From positions 448,001-512,000 of the forward strand of contig CBDCVR010000014.1 of assembly GCA_965223155.1 (NCBI GenBank): DNA of 64,000 bases, read 5' to 3'. The stretch comes from Candidatus Multivoradales bacterium. GTDB taxonomy: Bacteria; Acidobacteriota; Thermoanaerobaculia; Multivoradales; JAHEKO01. The position numbers and the translations under genes are program-made. The notes below the pieces were generated by a model that was given only the letters and a program-made list of their open reading frames with translations, was not told the origin of the DNA and searched no databases. Shown piece after piece: positions 29,004-37,235 of the stretch (position 1 is its first letter; the number at the start of each line of letters is the position of its first letter).

Positions 29004-29789
29004 ATGAGAACGACACGAGCTTTCCCCATCCTGGCGCTGCTGGCGCTGACCGTCACCGCTCCGTCTTGGGCCGCCACGGCAACCGACGTTTTCGAGCGCG
29101 AGTACGACTTCCGGCCCGGCGGCTCGATCCAGGTCGGCACCACCAACGGCAACATCGAGATCACCACTTGGGACCGCTCGGTCGTGGCTGTGCGCGCGGT
29201 CAAGAAGGCGCGGGCGACCGGCGAACGGATTGCCGAGGACCTGCTGGAAAGGACCCAGATCGAGATCGAGGCCGGTCCGGACCGCATCGAGATCACCACC
29301 CGGCTGCCCCGCCGGGAAGGCCTCGGCTGGCTATTTCGCGGCCCCGGATCGGCATCGGTACGGTACGAGCTGCGGGTTCCGCGTGAGGTCTCCCTCGACT
29401 TGACCACGGTCAACGGCAAGATCCGCGCCCACGGCGCCCATGGAACGCTTGAGGCCCGCACCACCAACGGATCGATCGACGTCGTGGACGCGGCCGGAAG
29501 CGCCCGGGCGCGCACTACCAACGGAGCCATCGACGTCGAGCTCAAGGAAGTCGATGAGAACGCGGATCTTCGCTTCGCGTCGACCAACGGCGGCATCCGG
29601 GTGACCTTGCCAGAGACGATCGCAGCCTCGGTCGAAGCGAGCACGACTAACGGCTCGATCACCACGGATTTTCCGATTCGCGTCCAGGGCCGGCTCAACC
29701 GGCGCCGGCTCAACGGAGAGATCAACGGCGGCGGCGGACGGCTCGAGCTGCGAACGACCAACGGACCGATCGAGATCCTCGAGTTCTGA
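29004..29789 (+). CDS. DUF4097 beta-strand repeat (adhesin-like) exported protein
   Basis: Signal peptide and seven TTNG.I-type repeats. Confidence 0.88.
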   Translation: MRTTRAFPILALLALTVTAPSWAATATDVFEREYDFRPGGSIQVGTTNGNIEITTWDRSVVAVRAVKKARATGERIAEDLLERTQIEIEAGPDRIEITTRLPRREGLGWLFRGPGSASVRYELRVPREVSLDLTTVNGKIRAHGAHGTLEARTTNGSIDVVDAAGSARARTTNGAIDVELKEVDENADLRFASTNGGIRVTLPETIAASVEASTTNGSITTDFPIRVQGRLNRRRLNGEINGGGGRLELRTTNGPIEILEF

Positions 29790-29826
29790 CGGACCGCAGG
29801 GGCGCCTCCCCGCCGGGTGCCCGGCG

Positions 29827-29860
29827 CGATCCGAGGGTCGATCTGAGGGTCGATCCGAGG
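29827..29860. repeat. Tandem 12-bp repeats (CGATCYGAGGGT, about 2.8 copies)
   Basis: CGATCCGAGGGT CGATCTGAGGGT CGATCCGAGG in the intergenic region. Confidence 0.75.
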
Positions 29861-30029
29861 CTCCGCGACCCCCGGCACCACGACCCGAGCAAGCTCGGCC
29901 GGCGACGGCGGCGGGTAGTCGGGACCGCGACCCTGCGACCGATGCCGGGGCCCCTCGAGGCCCTTCCGCAACTTCCTCCGTAATTGGCCGCCCCTGGACG
30001 CTGGGTTATGCTGCGAGGCGAGCATCCTC

Positions 30030-31910
30030 ATGCCGCAATCCCAGACCCAGCCGGCGTCCGAGTCCACTCTCGCCAGCCAGATTTTTCTGGCCCAGAGCCG
30101 CGTTCTGGAGCAGGTGGCGAGCGGCGAGGAGCTGGACAGCGTCCTCGACGGCTTCTGCGAGCACCTGGAGCCGCTTTTTGCGGGCTCGATGGCTTGCATC
30201 ACCTCGATCGTCCCGAGTACCCAGGCTCTCAAGGTCCTGGCGGCGCCATCCCTGCCGGAAGCGTTTCGCTCGTGCATTGAGGGCTTGGTCGTGGGGCTGG
30301 CGCCCGGGACCTGCCCGGCGGCCGCCTACGGCAACGAGACCGTCTTCTCCGAGGACATTGCTCAGGACGGACTCTGGGAGGGACTTCGCCAGGAAGCCCT
30401 CGGAGCCGGCCTGGGAGCCTGCTGGTCGGTGCCGGTTCGCGGCGTGCGTTGGGCGGAGCAGGCCGGCCAGCGCGACGAGGTCATCGTGCTCGGCACCGTG
30501 GGCCTCTATTTCCCCGAGCCACGCAAGCCCACCTCGACCGAAAGCAACGCGCTCGAGATGGCAGCGGCGCTGGTCGGGCTGACCATCAACGCCGCACGCA
30601 CCCAAGAGCGCATCGGCAAGACGCAGTTCTTCGACTCGGTCACCGAGCTGCCCAACCGGCGGGTGTTCGGCCGCCAGCTCAAGCAGGCGCTCGAGACCAT
30701 GAGTCCCAGGGACGACAAGCTCGCGATTCTGCTAGTGGATATCGACCATTTCAAGGAAGTCAACGACACGTTCGGCTACGCGGTCGGGGATTTTCTCCTG
30801 CAGAGCGTCGCTCAGCGGCTGGTCGGCCAGCGCCGGCCCGAGGATCTCCTGGCCCGATTCGGCGACGACGAGTTCGCGTTCCTGATCGGCGAGGTCGGTT
30901 CCAGCGAGGACGTCAAGGCGGTGGCCAAGGAGGTTCTGTCAACGGTCTCCGCGCCCTATGACTTCGGTGGCCAGCAGCTCGCCATCTCGGCGAGCATCGG
31001 CGGCAGCATCTATCCATGGGACGGCGAGGACGCCCAGACCTTGTTGCGGAATTCCGAAAACGCCCTCCTGACCGCCAAGCGCCAGGGCCGCGGCCACTAC
31101 CGGCTGTACGCCCCGACCATGGGCGGCTACGCCTTCGAAAAGCTGCAGCTCAAGATGGCTCTGGGTTATGCGCTCGAGAACGAGGAAATGCGGGTCCGCT
31201 ATCAACCCAAGGTCTCGAGCCAGGGGCACGAGATCACGGGCGCCGAAGCGCTGGTCTACTGGGAGCATCCCGGCATGGGAATCGTCAGCCCGGCCAAGTT
31301 CATCCCAATCGCCGAAGAAACGGGACTCATCATCGCCCTCGGCGAGTGGGTGTTACGCACTGCCTGCCGGCAGGCCCAACAATGGCGGGCTCAGAGCGAT
31401 CTCTCGATCGCGGTCAACATCTCCGCCATCCAATTCCGGGAAGCGGGCTTCGTCGACAGCGTCGCCAACATCCTCAAGGAGACCGGTATCAAGCCTTCTG
31501 CGGTGGAGCTCGAGATTACCGAGACCGTGGCTATGAACGAGGTCGAAAAGACCCTGGAACGAATGCACGAGTTGCACGATCTGGGCGTGCACATCGCCAT
31601 CGACGACTTCGGCACCGGCTACTCGTCGCTGGCCTACTTGAAGCGCTTCCCCATCCACACCTTGAAGATCGACAAGTCGTTCGTGCTCAAGACCCCGCAG
31701 GATCAAGACGACAAGGCCATCGTCAAGGCGGTCATCGCGCTGGCTCATTACCTGGGCCTCAAGGTGGTCGCCGAGGGCGTCGAGACCGCCGAGCAGGCCA
31801 GTTATCTGCGCGAAGAAGGCTGCGAGATCTTGCAGGGTTTCCACTTTTCGAAGCCGATCTCACCGGCCGACTTCGAATCCTTGCTACGCCTCGGCTTCGC
31901 GGCGGCCTAG
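30030..31910 (+). CDS. GAF-GGDEF-EAL c-di-GMP metabolic protein (likely phosphodiesterase)
   Basis: GAF (ACWSVPV, LGTVGLY), GGDEF domain with variant GDDEF, intact EAL, VNIS, ELEITE, DDFGTGYSS, KIDKSF, EGVE. Confidence 0.92.
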   Translation: MPQSQTQPASESTLASQIFLAQSRVLEQVASGEELDSVLDGFCEHLEPLFAGSMACITSIVPSTQALKVLAAPSLPEAFRSCIEGLVVGLAPGTCPAAAYGNETVFSEDIAQDGLWEGLRQEALGAGLGACWSVPVRGVRWAEQAGQRDEVIVLGTVGLYFPEPRKPTSTESNALEMAAALVGLTINAARTQERIGKTQFFDSVTELPNRRVFGRQLKQALETMSPRDDKLAILLVDIDHFKEVNDTFGYAVGDFLLQSVAQRLVGQRRPEDLLARFGDDEFAFLIGEVGSSEDVKAVAKEVLSTVSAPYDFGGQQLAISASIGGSIYPWDGEDAQTLLRNSENALLTAKRQGRGHYRLYAPTMGGYAFEKLQLKMALGYALENEEMRVRYQPKVSSQGHEITGAEALVYWEHPGMGIVSPAKFIPIAEETGLIIALGEWVLRTACRQAQQWRAQSDLSIAVNISAIQFREAGFVDSVANILKETGIKPSAVELEITETVAMNEVEKTLERMHELHDLGVHIAIDDFGTGYSSLAYLKRFPIHTLKIDKSFVLKTPQDQDDKAIVKAVIALAHYLGLKVVAEGVETAEQASYLREEGCEILQGFHFSKPISPADFESLLRLGFAAA

Positions 31911-32014
31911 GCATCGACCCCAGAGGAACTCGGATCGCGCCGGCACCTGGAAACAAAAGTCAATCCGGGGGGCCCGCTCCGGTGCTATCGTCCGGCCGGC
32001 CTTCCCGAACACAC

Positions 32015-33202
32015 ATGGGTTCCACGAAACAAGAGCGCAGTGAAGGACTCTGGTTCCTCGAGGGTTTGACGCATGCCGAGGGCGAGCTGCGCAGGATCCC
32101 CATCCTGGTGTTCCCGTTCACGATCGGGCGCCGGCCGGAGCTCAGCCTCACCCTGGAGGCCACCGAAATCTCCGGCCGTCACGCCGAGTTCTTTCGGGAG
32201 GGCCGCCGGATCATGTTGCGGGACATGGACAGCACCAACGGCACCTTCATCAACGGCAAGCGCTTCCGGGGAGAATGCCAGGTCCACAAGGGAGATCTCA
32301 TCAACTTCGCTCGTCTCGAGTTTCGCCTGGGGGTGGTCGACTCCGAGGACGCGGAGTCCTTGCTCGCCCAGACCATCGCGGTCGATACCGATCTGCCCGA
32401 CTCGATGCTCGACAAGGGGCGGATCCTGCAGGAGCTGATGAAGCGGCGGGCGGTCGCCTCCGCCTTCCAGCCCATCGTCCATCTGTCCGACCGCAGCCTG
32501 TTCGGCTATGAGGTCTTGGGACGAGCCGAAGTCGACGGAGCCACGGCGCGGTTGAGCGAGCTCTTCGGAGCCGCCAAGATCCTGGGAGCCGAGGCCGCTC
32601 TGAGCCGCTTGTTCCGGCAACGGTCGGCCTTCGATTGCAGCTCCCTCCCCTCGGGCACCAGGCTCTTCATCAATACCCACCCCAAGGAGATGGGCACCAA
32701 GGATCTGGTGGCCTCGCTCGAGGAATTCCGGCGCATCGCGCCCGAGCTCAAGCCGGTCCTGGAGATCCACGAAGCGGCGGTCACCGACCCCGAGGAGATG
32801 CTCGAGCTCAATCAGACGTTACGCTCCCTCGGCTTCCAGCTCGCCTACGACGACTTCGGCGCCGGTCAGGCCCGCCTGATCGAGCTGGCCGAGGTGCCGC
32901 CCGACTATCTCAAGTTCGACATCAGCCTGATTCGAGCGATCGACCAAGCCTCGACGGCCAAGCACACGATCCTGGAGCGGATGGTGTCGATGGCTCTCGA
33001 ACTGGGCATCGTACCCATCGCCGAAGGCGTCGAGAGCGAGCCCGAGGCTCGAATCTGCCAAGGAATCGGCTTCGCCCTGGGCCAGGGCTACCTTTTCGGG
33101 ACACCAGCACCGGCCGACCAGATCGCCGGCTCGCCCACGGCGACTTCGACCGGCGAATCGGCCGGCGAACCGGCCGGCGAACCGGGCGGCCAGTCCGGCT
33201 GA
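32015..33202 (+). CDS. FHA-EAL domain protein
   Basis: FHA IGRR..ISGRHA..DMDSTNGTFING, then EAL domain FQPIV, YEVLGR, FIN, EIHE, DDFGAG, KFD, EGVE. Confidence 0.9.
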   Translation: MGSTKQERSEGLWFLEGLTHAEGELRRIPILVFPFTIGRRPELSLTLEATEISGRHAEFFREGRRIMLRDMDSTNGTFINGKRFRGECQVHKGDLINFARLEFRLGVVDSEDAESLLAQTIAVDTDLPDSMLDKGRILQELMKRRAVASAFQPIVHLSDRSLFGYEVLGRAEVDGATARLSELFGAAKILGAEAALSRLFRQRSAFDCSSLPSGTRLFINTHPKEMGTKDLVASLEEFRRIAPELKPVLEIHEAAVTDPEEMLELNQTLRSLGFQLAYDDFGAGQARLIELAEVPPDYLKFDISLIRAIDQASTAKHTILERMVSMALELGIVPIAEGVESEPEARICQGIGFALGQGYLFGTPAPADQIAGSPTATSTGESAGEPAGEPGGQSG

Positions 33203-33213
33203 CGGGAGCGTCG

Positions 33214-35205
33214 ATGCCGCGTCTGCTGCGCCGCCTGACCTCGTCGCTGCTCTTCCGGGTGGCGCTCACGTTGAGCCTGGTGGGCCTGGTGCCTGTAGGC
33301 ATCCTCGCCTACCGGCTGATCGACATCAACAGCGACGCGATGACCGAGCAGGTGCAGGAGACCCATGGCCGCCTCGCCCGCTCGACCGCCGATCAGATCG
33401 CGGCCAAGGTTTCGGCGCTCCAGGCTCTGGCGGGCAGCGTCGCTCGGAACGGAGCCTTGGCGGATCCCCGATCCAACGAAGTGCGGCAGTTGCTGGCCGC
33501 GAACCTGAGCGCCTGGACCGAGGCCGGCGTCGCGGCTGTCGCCATCGTCACCCCGGCCGGCGAAATCGTCCTCAAAGCCCAGCTCAGCGACGATCGGGTG
33601 CGCGCCTGGGTGGATACGCTGTTCGCCGCGGACGCAAACCATCGAGTCCTCGCCGCGGCCGTCGGCGACGACTTCGCGGTTCGCATCTCGGAGCCGATGA
33701 CCAGCTCCCGTGGCTTCGTCTGGCTAGTCGCCGACGCCTCGTTCGTAGCGCAGGCGCTCCACAACTACGAGCTCGGCCGCAAGGCCGAGCTGACGCTGGC
33801 GACGCGAGACGGCGAGGCGGTCATCGGATCGCTCGAAGGCCAGCCGGCCGAGCTGCTCGAGGCCGCTCGGAATCCCTGGGTCGAGGGCGTCGATCCGGTC
33901 TACTTCGACGGCGACGTCGGCTACATCGGCGCGCACGCCCCGGTCGAAGGCACCGATTGGGTGGTGCTGACACGCCAACCCCTGGTGGTGGCGCACGCAG
34001 TCGCGGAGACAATGCGCCGGCAGGCGCGATTCGCCGTGGCCCTGGTGGCGGCGGCGGTGCTGGTGCTGTCGGCCCTTGCGTACGCGTCCCTGATCCGCCC
34101 GCTGCGTCAGCTCGCGGCCGCCCAGCGACGCCTGGCGGGCGTGGGCGGCTCGGCCGTGGGGGGTGAGATCGGGCTTCTCAAGGCCTCCTTCGAAGCGCTC
34201 GAGCAGAGAATCAGCGAGCAGCAGGCGCTGGACGAGGTCTTCCTGGGCCGGTACCAAGTGCGCAGGGTCCTGGGATCGGGCGCGATGGGCACGGTCTTTC
34301 TGGGTTTCGATCCCAAGCTGAAACGTCCGTTGGCACTCAAGACCCTGCGCGTCGACCGTGAGTTCTCCAGCAGCAAGCGCAAGGAGCTGCTGAAGCGATT
34401 GCTTCAGGAGGCGGTCACCACCGCCAAGTTCAACCATCCCAACATCGTCGCGGTCTACGATGTCGAAGAAGGCGAAGACGCCGCTTTCGTGGCCATGGAA
34501 TACGTCGAAGGCACCAGTCTCGAACGCCACGTCTGGCGGGAAGGGCGCCTCGACGCCAGGCAAACCATCGCACTGGGTAGCCGCATCGCATCCGGTCTCG
34601 CCGTCGCGCACGAGTACGATCTCGTGCACCGGGACATCAAGCCCGCCAACATCCTGCTGGGAACGGACGGCGGCATCAAGATCACGGATTTCGGTATCGC
34701 CGAGTTCCTGAGCTCGATGTCCGAGCGCCAGGACGTCGTCTTCGGCACTCCGGGCTATCTTCCTCCCGAGGCCCTACGGGGCAAGGGCCACGATACGTCG
34801 AGCGACCTATTCGCGCTCGGTGCGGTGCTCTATTTCAGCCTTACCGGCGACCGTCCCTTCGAGGGCAAGACGGTCAAGGACATCATCCGGAAAACCTTGT
34901 TCAGCTCGCCCACCCCACCGACCCAGGTAATCGGCGAAATGCCCCGGGAGCTCGAGAGCCTGATCATGAGCCTCCTCAGCGCCGAACGCTCCGACCGGCC
35001 GGCAAGCGCCGCTGTGGTTGCCGCCACGCTGGAGCGCCTCGCCCGGCAGACGCACGCGGTCTGGACACCTCCCGAGATCGGATCCGGCGAGATCGACTTT
35101 TTGGAGGATGGCGGCGGCACGAGCCGTACCGGCGCGCCGTCCGCCCCGGCCAGCGCCTTCCTGCCTACCGTCCAACTCACCGCCGAGCGTGACCGGTCCG
35201 CTTGA
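33214..35205 (+). CDS. Membrane Ser/Thr protein kinase with extracytoplasmic Cache-like sensor
   Basis: Two TM helices flank a ~250-aa loop, followed by a short HAMP-like linker. Hanks kinase motifs GSGAMGTV, ALK, HRDIKPAN, DFG, GTPGYLPPE, DLFALG. Confidence 0.92.
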   Translation: MPRLLRRLTSSLLFRVALTLSLVGLVPVGILAYRLIDINSDAMTEQVQETHGRLARSTADQIAAKVSALQALAGSVARNGALADPRSNEVRQLLAANLSAWTEAGVAAVAIVTPAGEIVLKAQLSDDRVRAWVDTLFAADANHRVLAAAVGDDFAVRISEPMTSSRGFVWLVADASFVAQALHNYELGRKAELTLATRDGEAVIGSLEGQPAELLEAARNPWVEGVDPVYFDGDVGYIGAHAPVEGTDWVVLTRQPLVVAHAVAETMRRQARFAVALVAAAVLVLSALAYASLIRPLRQLAAAQRRLAGVGGSAVGGEIGLLKASFEALEQRISEQQALDEVFLGRYQVRRVLGSGAMGTVFLGFDPKLKRPLALKTLRVDREFSSSKRKELLKRLLQEAVTTAKFNHPNIVAVYDVEEGEDAAFVAMEYVEGTSLERHVWREGRLDARQTIALGSRIASGLAVAHEYDLVHRDIKPANILLGTDGGIKITDFGIAEFLSSMSERQDVVFGTPGYLPPEALRGKGHDTSSDLFALGAVLYFSLTGDRPFEGKTVKDIIRKTLFSSPTPPTQVIGEMPRELESLIMSLLSAERSDRPASAAVVAATLERLARQTHAVWTPPEIGSGEIDFLEDGGGTSRTGAPSAPASAFLPTVQLTAERDRSA

Positions 35206-35227
35206 GGCCCGGGGTCCGAACAGCCGG

Positions 35228-37048
35228 CTATTCGGATCCCAGACGCCAGGAAGCGCGGCTCGAGTTCCCCAGGCGATCCCGCGCCTCGGCCACAAGCCGG
35301 TACCCGTCGCGCCGGTTGCCGACCGTTCGAACCACCAGCTCTTCGATGCCGGACAAGCTGTCGTCGGCCCGGACGCCCAGGAAACTGCCTTCCGAGCCGG
35401 ACCGTTGCGCACGCGCGCCGGGCACCTGCAACAGGATCACCGGCGCCTCACCGAGGACACGCGCCGCGCGGTGGCGAGCGTAGAGCCCTTTCACCCAGGA
35501 GCGGTCCCGCACGGTTGGATCGAAGACCACGCGCTCGTTGCCCCAGCCCAGAACCGTCCATGCCGGCCGGCGCCCGCGCTCGGCCTGGCGGTCGTTGTAG
35601 CCGGCGGCTCGCCGGTCCCACCACTGCGCCGAATCGTCCAGTCCGGAGCCCGAGCCGAACTCGGAAAGAACCTCGTCGCCCCCCAGCCGCCACGTCAGCG
35701 TCGGCGAATCGGCATCGACGAAGAACGTCGCCACCGGAAGCTCGCCGCGGTTGCCGACACCGTCTTCGGCGCTGACCCGTACTTCATGTTCCCCCGTGGC
35801 CCACTGGGTGGGCAGCGCCTCCGGATCGACGTCGGCTCCGTTCACGTACGGGGTCCAGGAGGCCACGCCGCTCGGGTCCTCCACCGTCACCGAGAGCCGC
35901 GCCGCGGGTGTGTAGTAGATCCTCCCGTCCTGCCCCTTCGCGGTCAGGCCCGTCACCCGGATCTCGCCGGTGGGAGCGTCGATTTCGGCCCGTTCCGGCC
36001 GAATCGAAACCGGCCGGGCCGCCGACGGAAAGCCGTCGAGGCCGGTCGCGCCGGTCGCGGTCACCCGCCAGTAGGCGTCCCCCACCGGCAGCCGCTCGGC
36101 GCTCCAGACGGTATCTTCGAGGCCCGTCCTGCGGGCCAGAAGTGCCTGGCAGCCAGCATCCCGGCAGACCTCGACCGCATAGCCGGCGGCGTCCGTCACC
36201 GGCTGCCAGCGGAACTCGACGAAGCCATTGTCGAGCGCGCCGCCTGGAGCCGGAGCCAGTGGCTCAGGCGCGGCCAGGAGCTTCTCGGGCGGCTTGGGCG
36301 GCTCGCCGCTCACGACCACCGTTCCCATGCCGCCGGGCACCGAGATCTTCTGGCCCGCCGCTTCGACTTCGCTCTCGCCTTCATAGACCATGAGATGAGC
36401 GCCATCGTCGGCAGCCTTGCGCAACCGCGCCTCGGCGGCCCCAGAAGGGCTCGGACGCGGAACCGCTCTGGTCTGCCCGATCACGATCTCGATATCGGCC
36501 GCGGGCTCGGCGGTGGCGATGCGCTCCAGGTCCGCCTGGCCCTCGACGATCTCGACCGAGTTTTGCTCGATCCCCGCCAGCGACCTACCGGTCTGCTTGA
36601 GGAAGATGATCGACTCTTCGGTCAGGACCAGATCGGTGCCGTCGTGAAACTGGAGAGCGGTGGACGAAGAGGCGCCGGTACGGACCCCGTCGCTCTCGAC
36701 CATGAGGTCACGCTCGCGCGAGCGGTTCCAGTCGATGGGAGCCGGCCGGCCCTCGACGTCGCCCGAGATCGTGACCAGCCGCGCCGAAGGCACCGAGTTG
36801 GCCGGAGCGATCAGCACCCGCAAGCGCTGTCCCGGAAGCAGCAAGTGAGGATTGCTCACCTCGGGGTTGAGCTTCCAGTTCTCTTCCCAAAGGGCCTCCG
36901 ATCCCAAGTAGTTTCGGGTGATCTCGCGTAGATTTTCGCCTGGCCGTACGATGTGGACGCCCTCTTCGAACCCGGCTGGCACCTGGGCCTGGGCCATCGA
37001 TGCCATGCAAGCGACCGCAAGGAGCAATCCGGTACTTAGAGTACGCAT
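35228..37048 (-). CDS. Exported LysM + FecR-domain protein with Fn3/Ig-like C-terminal region
   Basis: Signal peptide, LysM HIVRPGENL...NPEVSNPHLLLPGQRL, FecR VRTGASSSTALQFHDG...VYEGE.EV, then LAAPEPLAP..FRWQPVTDAAGYAVEV..YWRV. Confidence 0.82.
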   Translation of the reverse strand: MRTLSTGLLLAVACMASMAQAQVPAGFEEGVHIVRPGENLREITRNYLGSEALWEENWKLNPEVSNPHLLLPGQRLRVLIAPANSVPSARLVTISGDVEGRPAPIDWNRSRERDLMVESDGVRTGASSSTALQFHDGTDLVLTEESIIFLKQTGRSLAGIEQNSVEIVEGQADLERIATAEPAADIEIVIGQTRAVPRPSPSGAAEARLRKAADDGAHLMVYEGESEVEAAGQKISVPGGMGTVVVSGEPPKPPEKLLAAPEPLAPAPGGALDNGFVEFRWQPVTDAAGYAVEVCRDAGCQALLARRTGLEDTVWSAERLPVGDAYWRVTATGATGLDGFPSAARPVSIRPERAEIDAPTGEIRVTGLTAKGQDGRIYYTPAARLSVTVEDPSGVASWTPYVNGADVDPEALPTQWATGEHEVRVSAEDGVGNRGELPVATFFVDADSPTLTWRLGGDEVLSEFGSGSGLDDSAQWWDRRAAGYNDRQAERGRRPAWTVLGWGNERVVFDPTVRDRSWVKGLYARHRAARVLGEAPVILLQVPGARAQRSGSEGSFLGVRADDSLSGIEELVVRTVGNRRDGYRLVAEARDRLGNSSRASWRLGSE

Positions 37049-37235
37049 TTCCTTCACTGGAGCCCTCCTGAACGACCGATCCTATCCCAGCATTGAGCCC
37101 GGCGCGGACAGCCACATAGAATGCCCGGACCCCGAGCGAATCGCTGCGCCCAACGCGCCCGAGTCGGCCGCGCGAGTCGGATCGGTGGCCGGCGCCGGAA
37201 TCCAATCAAACGATCCCTAACCAGAAAGACAACGC

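Noticed and set aside
33151-33190. 12-bp GGCGAACCGGCC repeats
   Set aside because: They encode a disordered GEPA tail of the FHA-EAL protein and are an ordinary coding microrepeat.
31016-33213. Long N-terminal extensions on the FHA-EAL (31016) and kinase (32635) ORFs
   Set aside because: These are alternative-frame overlaps with the upstream genes, Arg/Pro/Gly-rich and typical of high-GC shadow ORFs.
37058-37235. Glycine riboswitch expected upstream of gcvP
   Set aside because: I found no GGAGA...CCGAAG...CTCTCAGG aptamer signature.
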